Both the position numbers and the translations under genes were made by a program. From a virus, in IMG/VR virus record IMGVR_UViG_3300020172_001405, positions 1-64,000 of that record: a stretch of 64,000 nt of DNA. One strand, written 5' to 3'. The notes below the pieces were generated by a model. It made no database searches. It saw only the letters and a list, made by a program, of their open reading frames with translations, and had not been told where the DNA came from. Positions 15,531 to 24,134 of this stretch are shown in pieces (position 1 is the stretch's first letter; the number at the start of each line of letters is the position of its first letter).

Positions 15531-17483
15531 ATGGGATACCACGATGAGATAGACACTGGGTATCACAGTGAGGCTCGAACAGAAGAGAAACAAAAGCGGG
15601 CTCTACGTCTAGGCACACTTGCAAGAGTGTATCAAGGCGCAGACCGAATTCTTACTGGCGACCCACTAGTGGTAAACATAGTTGACAGCGGACCAGCACC
15701 TGCTTGGTCTGATGGCGCATCCATAACTCTCAATGCTGAATACATCAATGAGATGGACTTGGAAACGCTAGTACAAATTAACGGCCTCAATTACCATGAG
15801 CTAGCCCATCATTTGTACACACCACGTAAAGGTACTCCGCTAGTACAGTGGGTTATCGAGAATGATCTATTCCAATCGTTCAATATATTGGAAGATCAAC
15901 GTATCGATACCTTGCTGTGTGCACGTTACCCATCAATCATGCCATTCTTGGAAGCTACAGTCTTACGGTATCTAGCCGATAAGCCTGAAGAAGCCATTGG
16001 TAATTACTTGGTGGTACGTGGTCGTAAGTATCTACCAGTTGAGGTACGGCAAGGCTTTAGAGATATCTTTATAAGGCCTGATCTAATACCAGCCATCTGC
16101 AGAATAGTTGATGAGTATCGAGTGCTCGCATTCCCTAGGGATTATGCGAGAGCGCAAGAACTTATCAAAGAACTCTATGATGAAGTATTAATTCACTTGC
16201 CTATACCTTGTTCAGGCGGCATATCACAATGCGGCCATAGGTCTCCTATACAAAAAGGCAGACCAGAACCTGGCAAGATGCAGGAGTATGACTCAAAAAG
16301 AGCTAAAGGAATGGGCGTCAGTGAAGACGAGTACATTCCTAGAACCTCTGAAGAGAAGCAACAGCTTGATGAATTGTTAGATGAAGTTGACAGAATGTCA
16401 ACTGCCCCTGGCAATGTTAATGGAGAGGAAGATCCTTTAGGTGAAGACCCTCTTGCTGATCTAAACAATCAGATTAAAACATCTCAAGATGCGTTAGCCA
16501 AGCGTGAAGCTTCAGTATACTCAACACCATCTGTTGGTCAAGGACATGTAGATAGTGTGGGAGGAATCCCAGATGACCTACAAATTACGCTGAACAATGC
16601 CCTGAACAAGGTGCATGAGCGTAAGGATGTTCTAGCCGATGTTAAGCGCAAGCAAAGCATAGTAATCGGTGGTGATGATAAAGGCGGAGAAACTGGTAGG
16701 CCTGGCAAGTTTGATAAGGCAGACGTACCAAGTGCCGCAATGGTTGCCTATCGAAAGTTCGCACACGAACTACAAAAGCTCCGTGATGATGCGGAGCCAT
16801 TCTGGGTCAAGGAGATGTCCTCTGGCAAACTCAATGTACCTAGACTAATGCGTGGCGAGGTAGAGATAGACAAAGCCTTTGACCGTTGGACTGAACAAGA
16901 CGACAGCACAGATATCGAAGCGATTATCTGCGTGGATCGTTCAGGTTCAATGGGCAGTGGCAATAACGATCAGATGGCATCTATTGCATGCTGGACTATT
17001 AAGCGTGCTCTCGAGCACATTAACTGTCCGGTTACAGTGTATGCCTTTGACGACAAGACTGAGGTTGCCTACTCTCGAACAGAGAAAGCAGACAAGACTC
17101 AGTTCAAATTCATCTATGGTAACGGTGGTACTGAGCCGTACGAGTCATTGATCCTAGCGGAGAAGACTCTTATGGCGTCCACACGTAACAACAAGATGCT
17201 ATTCATCATTACTGACGGTGTGTTCAACACAAACAAAAATGATGAAGTCATAGCACGTATGGCAAAACGAGGAATCCTAACCTCTCTTGTACTAATCATG
17301 AGAACCAAGGATTATCTAGACGCTAAACAATCTAACGAGCAGGCAATTGCCGAAGGCAGGCCTGGACGTTGGGAGCTAAGACATGGGGCAGAAATATTCG
17401 GCAATGTTAATAGTGCTGCCGACTTAGTTCCATTTGCCCGAGCAATAGTCACCGGAGCAATCCGCAAGAAATCAAGGAGGTAG
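15531..17483 (+). CDS. vWA-domain protein with N-terminal HExxH metallopeptidase-like domain (MoxR partner)
   Basis: YHELAH, NILEDQRID; MIDAS DRSGSM, GGT, ITDG. Confidence 0.88.
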   Translation: MGYHDEIDTGYHSEARTEEKQKRALRLGTLARVYQGADRILTGDPLVVNIVDSGPAPAWSDGASITLNAEYINEMDLETLVQINGLNYHELAHHLYTPRKGTPLVQWVIENDLFQSFNILEDQRIDTLLCARYPSIMPFLEATVLRYLADKPEEAIGNYLVVRGRKYLPVEVRQGFRDIFIRPDLIPAICRIVDEYRVLAFPRDYARAQELIKELYDEVLIHLPIPCSGGISQCGHRSPIQKGRPEPGKMQEYDSKRAKGMGVSEDEYIPRTSEEKQQLDELLDEVDRMSTAPGNVNGEEDPLGEDPLADLNNQIKTSQDALAKREASVYSTPSVGQGHVDSVGGIPDDLQITLNNALNKVHERKDVLADVKRKQSIVIGGDDKGGETGRPGKFDKADVPSAAMVAYRKFAHELQKLRDDAEPFWVKEMSSGKLNVPRLMRGEVEIDKAFDRWTEQDDSTDIEAIICVDRSGSMGSGNNDQMASIACWTIKRALEHINCPVTVYAFDDKTEVAYSRTEKADKTQFKFIYGNGGTEPYESLILAEKTLMASTRNNKMLFIITDGVFNTNKNDEVIARMAKRGILTSLVLIMRTKDYLDAKQSNEQAIAEGRPGRWELRHGAEIFGNVNSAADLVPFARAIVTGAIRKKSRR

Positions 17484-17487
17484 AATC

Positions 17488-17946
17488 ATGGCATACTCTA
17501 AACTCATACTGGATGCGCTAGTACAGAATCCAGATGATAAAGATATATCCCGCATGGTAGTGATTATAAATGAAAGCGCTGTTTATCAAGACTTCGCTGA
17601 CTTTCATAAGCATGACCCAGAATGGTGGGAAGCCCTAGCTAACAAAGTGTATGAGACTTCTGCATACCCAAAGATGGCGTTAGCCCCACTAACAATAGCC
17701 GCAAGTCAATACCTCTGTGATCCAGAGCAAAGTCTTGAGGATAAAGTAGTTCCACTAATCGGAAAAGCAATGGCAATAAACGATGACCACCAACCAACTC
17801 AACGTCTTGCCAAAATAACTCTGGCACTTAAAATGGGTGGGCTGGAAAGACCGGATGTAAATGATATCCGAGACAGCGTTCTGCCTAAAGTACTCATCTT
17901 AGTTAAGCAACTAGACGAAAAGTTAGCGTTAGCTCAGGAGGAATAA
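17488..17946 (+). CDS. Hypothetical helical protein
   Basis: SD AAGGAGG. Confidence 0.7.
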   Translation: MAYSKLILDALVQNPDDKDISRMVVIINESAVYQDFADFHKHDPEWWEALANKVYETSAYPKMALAPLTIAASQYLCDPEQSLEDKVVPLIGKAMAINDDHQPTQRLAKITLALKMGGLERPDVNDIRDSVLPKVLILVKQLDEKLALAQEE

Positions 17947-18674
17947 TGCAAGAGTACAAAGAAACACCTGTGTTTTATCGTAGGTGGGCTCGTGTACGTA
18001 ACTGGCAAGAAGCAGCGAAGTGGATAGAGGGCGGAAGAAGTTCCGAACACCGCCCTTTATATCACCACAGTCTGGGAGTAGCCTATGAAAACCCATACGA
18101 TAAAACTTCAGACATAGTAATAAACTATCGCTGGAGACATATAAACCCCGCATACATAAAACCTGGCGAGTATATAGTCAAGTTTACAAAAAGCGGCAAA
18201 ACATTCATAAGCGCGTCTGTTGGCTGGAATAGAGCACAAAGACGCGTTATGGAAGAGTACGCCAATTTAGTTGGCCTTAGATGGGATTACTACAGTAAGT
18301 CCCTGATCATACGCCAACCAGATGACCCAATAAATACTGGCAAGGGATTACGAAAATGCCGTAGATGTGATGGGGCCAAGAAAGAGATCTACACCTGTTC
18401 AATGGGTTTTTGGAGTAGGCCTGCGTATATACGGGCTAGCTACAATCAATCGTTTGAATGCACCCATTACGAAGTAGACGACCTACGACGTGATGCTCCA
18501 CACCTTACTACAGCAGATTGTCAACGCTGTGAAGGTAAGGGAAAAACAATACCTCTCTCAAGAATACAAAGCTTCAAGTGGCGTCCAGATGAGAACGGTG
18601 AATTCATACCGTTAGAGGTAAATCCATTAACAAGCAAACTAATACTACCGGAGGAACTATGTACGTCGTACTAG
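17946..18674 (+). CDS. Hypothetical protein with DnaJ-type CxxCxG zinc motifs
   Basis: CRRCDG, CQRCEGKG. Confidence 0.7.
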   Translation: MQEYKETPVFYRRWARVRNWQEAAKWIEGGRSSEHRPLYHHSLGVAYENPYDKTSDIVINYRWRHINPAYIKPGEYIVKFTKSGKTFISASVGWNRAQRRVMEEYANLVGLRWDYYSKSLIIRQPDDPINTGKGLRKCRRCDGAKKEIYTCSMGFWSRPAYIRASYNQSFECTHYEVDDLRRDAPHLTTADCQRCEGKGKTIPLSRIQSFKWRPDENGEFIPLEVNPLTSKLILPEELCTSY

Positions 18675-18865
18675 ATGTAATAACGTCTACATTAATTGGT
18701 CCATTTAATGAAGAGCAAGAAGCTGTTGACTTTCAACTGCATGCCTCTGACTTATTGGCTGATGTAGATGCAGGCTCAGAGTTAGAAATCCACGAGCTAT
18801 TTACTCCACAAGACTGGGCATTCCAGAACCTTGATGAAGAAATAGCATCAACCGCAGCAATCTAG
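18659..18865 (+). CDS. Small acidic hypothetical protein
   Basis: SD GGAGG. Confidence 0.65.
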   Translation: MYVVLDVITSTLIGPFNEEQEAVDFQLHASDLLADVDAGSELEIHELFTPQDWAFQNLDEEIASTAAI

Positions 18866-18873
18866 GAGAGATC

Positions 18874-19419
18874 ATGGGCTTAGATAACATACCCAAAGTA
18901 TTACCGTGCCTAAAAGCAGGTACGGCCGTACTAACAATATCAGCAAATCAAGCAAAATCAGAAAGAGTCGACTGCGATGCTACGCAAGCAGTAGACCGAT
19001 GCCCCTATGTAACAGAGCGTAGAAAAGCTATTGTTAACGAAGGGGTTACAGGCATAATGGGTACAGACTGTTGGTACAGAGGTAAGTACGGAAACTATCT
19101 TCTAGAACAACTCGGTCTCGACACAAACACCTGGAGCTTCTACGGTGACCTAGCTGATGATGGCGGATTAAGCGAAGAGTACTGTACGACGCTAGCAATA
19201 AAAATCCGTCAAGAGCTAAACAAAATGGATAAAATCAAAACATACAAAGAAAATGCCCCAAAGACTCTTGCGGAACCTTTCTCTGGTGCTGTAGGGTGGC
19301 CAGGGGCATACGAGCCAGATGAGGAGCAGAAGAAAGAGTTCAAGGATGACCTTGAATATGCTGCTTGGTGGCTTGACTTTGTAGCAGAACACGCAGATGG
19401 ATCGTCCATCTGGTATTAA
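18874..19419 (+). CDS. Hypothetical phage protein (MGLD...WY type)
   Basis: SD AGGAG; MGLDN start, CWYRGK. Confidence 0.7.
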   Translation: MGLDNIPKVLPCLKAGTAVLTISANQAKSERVDCDATQAVDRCPYVTERRKAIVNEGVTGIMGTDCWYRGKYGNYLLEQLGLDTNTWSFYGDLADDGGLSEEYCTTLAIKIRQELNKMDKIKTYKENAPKTLAEPFSGAVGWPGAYEPDEEQKKEFKDDLEYAAWWLDFVAEHADGSSIWY

Positions 19420-19429
19420 GGAGGCAATC

Positions 19430-20056
19430 ATGGAAAAAGTATGTAGAAATATAGTGACTATGTACTCTTCTGTTGAACGAATCAACGAAATTGTAGACTC
19501 ACTTAAAACTGAGGATAGAGTTGTTTCTTTTAACAAGCTTTTACCTACTCCACCAGAGTTAGTAGAGGCAGCTAAAACTCAAACCCTTACGCCGTCGTTA
19601 GTTGAACGCTTTGGTGCAATGGACGTAGGTACATGGCGCCTAAAGAATTGGGGATGTCCCAAGGACACACTTACTTCAGCAATCGTCGATGAGGCAGAGC
19701 TTGACTTTGCCTCTAAAATGGGTCAAGAAGTAGTCGATAAGTTAACCCCAGAACAATTAGCAGAAGCACTGACGTTTGAGAAAGCAGTAGCTATTGCTTT
19801 TGATACGACAGAAACCCCAAATGCCTTTGTTATGAAGTTGTCAGAAAAGTTTCCGGACATGCGTATGCACTACTCGTACGATAGTGATTCGGAAGATGTC
19901 TCGGGATGGCTCGTCGCCTCAAACGGCGAAGTGCATAGTCACGAGCATTACAACAATTGCCTAACGGCAATTAAGCTACACATCGAACCGTTCAAGAATG
20001 ATCACAGCAGCCTGCTGTCAGCATTGTTGAGCGAGGGAGATGAAGACTCAAACTAG
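19430..20056 (+). CDS. YubB/DUF1281-like ferredoxin-fold protein
   Basis: SFNKLLPTP, WRLKNWGC, FDT..TP...KLSEKFPD pattern. Confidence 0.65.
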   Translation: MEKVCRNIVTMYSSVERINEIVDSLKTEDRVVSFNKLLPTPPELVEAAKTQTLTPSLVERFGAMDVGTWRLKNWGCPKDTLTSAIVDEAELDFASKMGQEVVDKLTPEQLAEALTFEKAVAIAFDTTETPNAFVMKLSEKFPDMRMHYSYDSDSEDVSGWLVASNGEVHSHEHYNNCLTAIKLHIEPFKNDHSSLLSALLSEGDEDSN

Positions 20057-20076
20057 TAGAAGGGGAAATACAGCCA

Positions 20077-20280
20077 ATGTCACAGCAAGACCCTTTCATC
20101 TCAATCCAGGTAACGTTCGAATGTCGCCTGTATCACGGCAGATTAAAAACTCCACTAAGCCTGGAGAATAACTTCCTGCTATACATACGCGATCAATTCA
20201 CTACAGGCTGGCTTGATAGAAACCAATTGCGACCCGGGGAAGATATTTGTATCATTGATGCAAAGATTATTTCCGAATAG
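20077..20280 (+). CDS. Hypothetical protein
   Basis: ORF in operon. Confidence 0.5.
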   Translation: MSQQDPFISIQVTFECRLYHGRLKTPLSLENNFLLYIRDQFTTGWLDRNQLRPGEDICIIDAKIISE

Positions 20281-20378
20281 TTTGACAAATTGACGGGCCC
20301 CTAGGCAATGCAGCCGTGCCGTATTGCCTAGGGGACTTAAGAACCCTAGTAGAGGAAGGAGTTCGAGAAAAGTATATC

Positions 20379-20900
20379 ATGGTGAATACATTCCTGCCCT
20401 ACGCCGATGAAGTAAAGACGGCTAGAGCATTAGACGATAAACGCTTAGGTAAGCAACGTGTAGAAAGTCTACAAATCTTAAAAGCTAATCTAGGTATGAC
20501 GCTAGGATGGAGAAACCATCCAGCTGCAATCATGTGGAGAGGTCATGAAGGACTTCTCTGTGTGTACAATCTACGCATATGTGAAGAGTGGGTAGACCGT
20601 GGCTTCCAAGACACAGTCTCAACACAAACACAAGACATCATGAACACCCTAGATCCACGATCATTTAGGCGACCGTGGTGGTGGGGTAATGAAGACTTCC
20701 ATCGAAGTCATCAATCTAATCTGGTAAGAAAAGCCCCGCACCTTTACGGGTTTGATGTGCCAGACGATCTGCCATATCTATGGCCAAAAGAAAAAGGAAT
20801 ACTACTAACAAAGGAAGAATCACATGCGATCAAAGCTCAATTACTCATTCAAGCTCGCAAAAAATCAAGAGAAGAGCGGAGCTTGGCTGGCAACAGTTGA
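20379..20900 (+). CDS. Pyrimidine-dimer DNA glycosylase/endonuclease V-like (actinobacterial type)
   Basis: NTFLPY...LDDKRLGKQRVESLQIL...WRNHPAAIMWRG...HRSHQSNL...DDLPYLWP. Confidence 0.85.
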   Translation: MVNTFLPYADEVKTARALDDKRLGKQRVESLQILKANLGMTLGWRNHPAAIMWRGHEGLLCVYNLRICEEWVDRGFQDTVSTQTQDIMNTLDPRSFRRPWWWGNEDFHRSHQSNLVRKAPHLYGFDVPDDLPYLWPKEKGILLTKEESHAIKAQLLIQARKKSREERSLAGNS

Positions 20901-21072
20901 GATAACTGGGGACTCAGATGCAGTACCTGAGGAATCAGTTATTCAATCTGCTTGGACGAGTGTTGCTCCAGCTAAACGCTGGTGTGCTCAAATGGTAAAC
21001 CGTAAATCTATTCGTTGGACAGCTGACGAAGAGAGTAAAGTGTTTACAGCTACAGTAGAGGTGAAGCTATGA
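20824..21072 (+). CDS. Hypothetical protein
   Basis: SD AAGGA; overlaps upstream gene. Confidence 0.6.
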   Translation: MRSKLNYSFKLAKNQEKSGAWLATVEITGDSDAVPEESVIQSAWTSVAPAKRWCAQMVNRKSIRWTADEESKVFTATVEVKL

Positions 21073-21203
21073 GCACAATCTGGCAGTCATCTATAACCTC
21101 AGAGATGGTCAAAGACCTTAGCGGTGACGAAATAGAAATCCTTATAGCTGATCTCGATGATGCTGTAATGCTTGTATGCCAGGATTTCAATATAGAGGGC
21201 TAA
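21069..21203 (+). CDS. 44-aa acidic hypothetical protein
   Basis: Manual ORF MSTIWQSS...LIADLDDAVM; ATGA overlap, SD GAGG. Confidence 0.55.
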   Translation: MSTIWQSSITSEMVKDLSGDEIEILIADLDDAVMLVCQDFNIEG

Positions 21204-21294
21204 ATGTCAACTAACAAAAACAACATACAAAAGCAAGCCGAAGAAGCTATGTCTCGAATACGAAACATAGTACAAATAGAGAAGGAGTACATGC

Positions 21295-21525
21295 ATGAGT
21301 TCTATCGAGAGGGAGATCTTGATCCAGAGTCAAATCCTGGAACACATGAACTTGACTATCTCAAGGATTAATGAACGTTTTACTGATTACCTTGAGCGCC
21401 AAACAAAAATAACCGAATGCAGCTTATGTTACGGGCAAGGAGTTATTTACTACGGCAATGAAGAGGACTATACATTTGAGTCCTGCCCCGACTGCGGTAA
21501 CTGCACTTGCGGTGATAAAGAATGA
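21295..21525 (+). CDS. Small zinc-finger protein (CxxCxGxG...CxxC)
   Basis: CSLCYGQG...CPDC; SD AAGGAG. Confidence 0.55.
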   Translation: MSSIEREILIQSQILEHMNLTISRINERFTDYLERQTKITECSLCYGQGVIYYGNEEDYTFESCPDCGNCTCGDKE

Positions 21526-21773
21526 GTACAGTAACCGTTAATTACGAAATACCTGACAGTATAGATGCCAAAGAGTTTGTAAATGTAGTTACAGGCGCTG
21601 AGTCATTTAATACCAACTATGTTGCGTTTCTTCTTGAGCTTAAAGATGACGCACACCTGTCTATACCAGTGTCATACAGCTGGGGGGATGAAAATGCCAC
21701 CCACGGTATTGGTCAAGCAAGTTTGGAGCTATGTGAAATAGGCCCAGACGAATGCGAGCACTGGGAAGAATAA
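21522..21773 (+). CDS. Hypothetical protein, last of plus-strand block
   Basis: ATGA overlap. Confidence 0.6.
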   Translation: MSTVTVNYEIPDSIDAKEFVNVVTGAESFNTNYVAFLLELKDDAHLSIPVSYSWGDENATHGIGQASLELCEIGPDECEHWEE

Positions 21774-21782
21774 TAAAAAACT

Positions 21783-21826
21783 AATCCCAGGTTAGAGACC
21801 AATTGGCTGGTTTCTAACCTGGGATT
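21783..21826. terminator. Bidirectional intrinsic terminator at the convergence of the two blocks
   Basis: 19-bp stem AATCCCAGGTTAGAGACCA/TGGTTTCTAACCTGGGATT, A-run before, T-rich after. Confidence 0.8.
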
Positions 21827-21859
21827 GTTTGTGTTGGGACCGGGACCGGTGACGTGTGA

Positions 21860-22036
21860 TTAGACGCAGGTGCAGTCGTTATCGCAGTCGCAGGGGGTAT
21901 CCCCCATACCATCATCTATGTCTTCGTCTTCTAACACATAGTCTTCCAATTCCTCAAAATCTTCGTCGTCTAACTCTTCCAATATAGCGTCATCTATATC
22001 GTCTATATCTTCTTCTACGAACTTTTCTTCTGTCAT
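21860..22036 (-). CDS. 58-aa hyper-acidic protein with C-terminal Cys cluster
   Basis: Manual ORF MTEEKFVEEDIDDIDDAILEELDDEDFEELEDYVLEDEDIDDGMGDTPCDCDNDCTCV; SD GAGGA. Confidence 0.7.
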   Translation of the reverse strand: MTEEKFVEEDIDDIDDAILEELDDEDFEELEDYVLEDEDIDDGMGDTPCDCDNDCTCV

Positions 22037-22065
22037 GTGGGGTATTCCTCTCTTTAGGTTATTTT

Positions 22066-24084
22066 TTAAGCAAACTTAATTTCACATATATCGGTTGTAC
22101 AGTATTCCTCTCCAACAGCATCCAACGCATTTCCATTGTAGATAGGCGATAGGTCTATTGGCTTAAGTTTACCGACGTAATTATTATACTCTTCTTCGCT
22201 AATTTCAGTATATGGCTGCTGAGGATATACGTCGTTACCCTTTGGTAAGAATGAGACGGTCTTCAGACGTCCTTCGTACATGTGTAAGATCGTACCTATA
22301 TGCTGTGACTCCGTATCGGTATTAAACGAGAGAGTAACTGAGACTGAATTGTCCGCCCAGTATGCCTGGGCTAAAGCTGCCAGGTTAGCCTTCTCAAAGA
22401 TAGATACGGATTGCTCTGGGCGTACCGGAACCGACTTGATTGGGAAGTATACGACTGCCGTATTGTTTGGATCCGTTACAGAGTCCTCCACTAGGTACTT
22501 AGCCTTTGTAAAGAGTTTTAACATTGGGTCAGACTTAGCGAATCTAATTGAGCGAAGGATGTATTGTCCTCCGATAGGCCAGTGAACTCCCGGAGTTTCT
22601 CCCGCCAGGATTGACACAGTGCCTGAAGGCTTGATACTTGTAGTCTTGATTGACTCTCTGATACATAGCCATTCTGAGTACATCTTGTCCCACTTCTGTA
22701 CTTCAGCGTAGCCGGTATCTAGCCACTCACGTAACTTAGGGAGTCCCTGAGTATCGGCAAATGCCGCCAATCCAGAGGCAGAGCAACCGATGCGGCGGTT
22801 ACGCTGCATGATGGCGTTAGTGCTTGGCCAGTGAGTTGGGATGAGAGTTACTGTCTTTGCGTAGAGATATGCAAACTTGAGTGTACGCATATAGTCTTTA
22901 ATATCTGTATGGCGGTTGATGTAGGTCTCAACGAGAGTACAACATTCGTAAGACTCCAAAGTTTGCTCTGCACATGGGTTATACCCGGCAGCTCTGTAAT
23001 CTTTATTATTCTCAGGATCGACCAGACGGCCGTACTTCCTTGAAACATCCAACCAGATAAATCCAGGCTCACCGTTTAGGGCAATAGCCTCAGTAAATGG
23101 AGAATAGTCCATACCCACAGTTGCCTCTAAAGAGTTATTAGACATCCAACCCCAGCCCGGCTTCTCTGGGTCATAGGAGTTTCTTTCAGGGAATACTGAT
23201 GGATTCTTTAAGTCAACAAAGTCTTTATCATTAGGCTGACCCAAGGCAAGCTCTGCTGAACGACGGACGTTTCCAGATACTACACATACCCCGATAAGGT
23301 TTGCGATATCTACGATGTCCTTTGTAGTTATTTTCTCTCCGGCTCGTCCCTTAAAGAGATTTGTAAGGGACGTGTGGAGTCTTTCAAGTGGCTCTGATCC
23401 AGCTGCTGTACCGCCGAACGTTTTGATTGGTGTGCCTGCTGGACGGATCTCTTTGTAATCAAATACTGGAGTCTTCGAATCTGGTCGTAGGTAGGCATTG
23501 ATGACGAGTGAGACCGACTCAACCCACCCTTCTCTGGTATCTGGGACGACATATGTTTGCTCACCTTCTGGCTTGTAAATTGTAAATTCTTTGTTTACCC
23601 CTTTGGTATCGAACCCGACACCCACGCCCAACATGGACGCTTCCATTAAGAATGTGAATGGGGTTGAGGGGTCGTTCTTGTTCATATCAGATGTGCTAAC
23701 GAAAGCACAGTTCTGTAGAGCGGCTGAGTTCTTGCCCTCCATTACGAATGGGGTACCCATCATCCAAAGACCTCGACCAGGCGGAGTCCACTTTAGGTTG
23801 AACATCCGGTCAAATGCTTCCTGGGCAGAAGCCTGAGCCTGCTGGCCATTCCAGGGAAGTCGATTGTTCTTGCAGTGATCTTTTTGGATGGAGTACATCC
23901 CCTCAATAACTCGTTGGCAGACATCTACCCAAGTTTCTTTAGTTCCATCTTCCTTTAACCGAGAGTAAGTTCTCATAAAAGTGATCTCGCCTACAGAGTT
24001 TCCTCCGGCATCTGTGTAACCCCAAGGGACCTTCTTATCTCTATACGATGCGACAAAATCTTCACTTAAATGAAACGAGAACAC
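22066..24084 (-). CDS. nrdJ: Class II (B12-dependent) ribonucleoside-triphosphate reductase, monomeric type
   Basis: PPGRGLW, ALQNC, GNVRRSA, NPCAEQ, TTSIKPSGT, C-terminal CTTDIC. Confidence 0.95.
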   Translation of the reverse strand: MFSFHLSEDFVASYRDKKVPWGYTDAGGNSVGEITFMRTYSRLKEDGTKETWVDVCQRVIEGMYSIQKDHCKNNRLPWNGQQAQASAQEAFDRMFNLKWTPPGRGLWMMGTPFVMEGKNSAALQNCAFVSTSDMNKNDPSTPFTFLMEASMLGVGVGFDTKGVNKEFTIYKPEGEQTYVVPDTREGWVESVSLVINAYLRPDSKTPVFDYKEIRPAGTPIKTFGGTAAGSEPLERLHTSLTNLFKGRAGEKITTKDIVDIANLIGVCVVSGNVRRSAELALGQPNDKDFVDLKNPSVFPERNSYDPEKPGWGWMSNNSLEATVGMDYSPFTEAIALNGEPGFIWLDVSRKYGRLVDPENNKDYRAAGYNPCAEQTLESYECCTLVETYINRHTDIKDYMRTLKFAYLYAKTVTLIPTHWPSTNAIMQRNRRIGCSASGLAAFADTQGLPKLREWLDTGYAEVQKWDKMYSEWLCIRESIKTTSIKPSGTVSILAGETPGVHWPIGGQYILRSIRFAKSDPMLKLFTKAKYLVEDSVTDPNNTAVVYFPIKSVPVRPEQSVSIFEKANLAALAQAYWADNSVSVTLSFNTDTESQHIGTILHMYEGRLKTVSFLPKGNDVYPQQPYTEISEEEYNNYVGKLKPIDLSPIYNGNALDAVGEEYCTTDICEIKFA

Positions 24085-24108
24085 ACAGACTCCAATCAAA
24101 GGGTAATA

Positions 24109-24131
24109 GCACTGTTATCAGATAACAGCGC
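24109..24131. promoter_or_regulatory. Palindromic operator-like site upstream of nrdJ (second copy 24778-24799)
   Basis: CTGTTATC-A-GATAACAG; identical 17-mer GCACTGTTATCAGATAA at 24778. Confidence 0.55.
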
Positions 24132-24134
24132 AGG

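Noticed and set aside
8030-20629. CRISPR or mini-array reading of the 10-mer repeats
   Set aside because: Repeats are 10-11 nt, 1-3 kb apart and often intragenic; the Cas4-like gene sits in a recombination operon with no other cas genes
24109-24131. NrdR box upstream of nrdJ
   Set aside because: Does not fit the acaCwAtATaTwGtgt consensus
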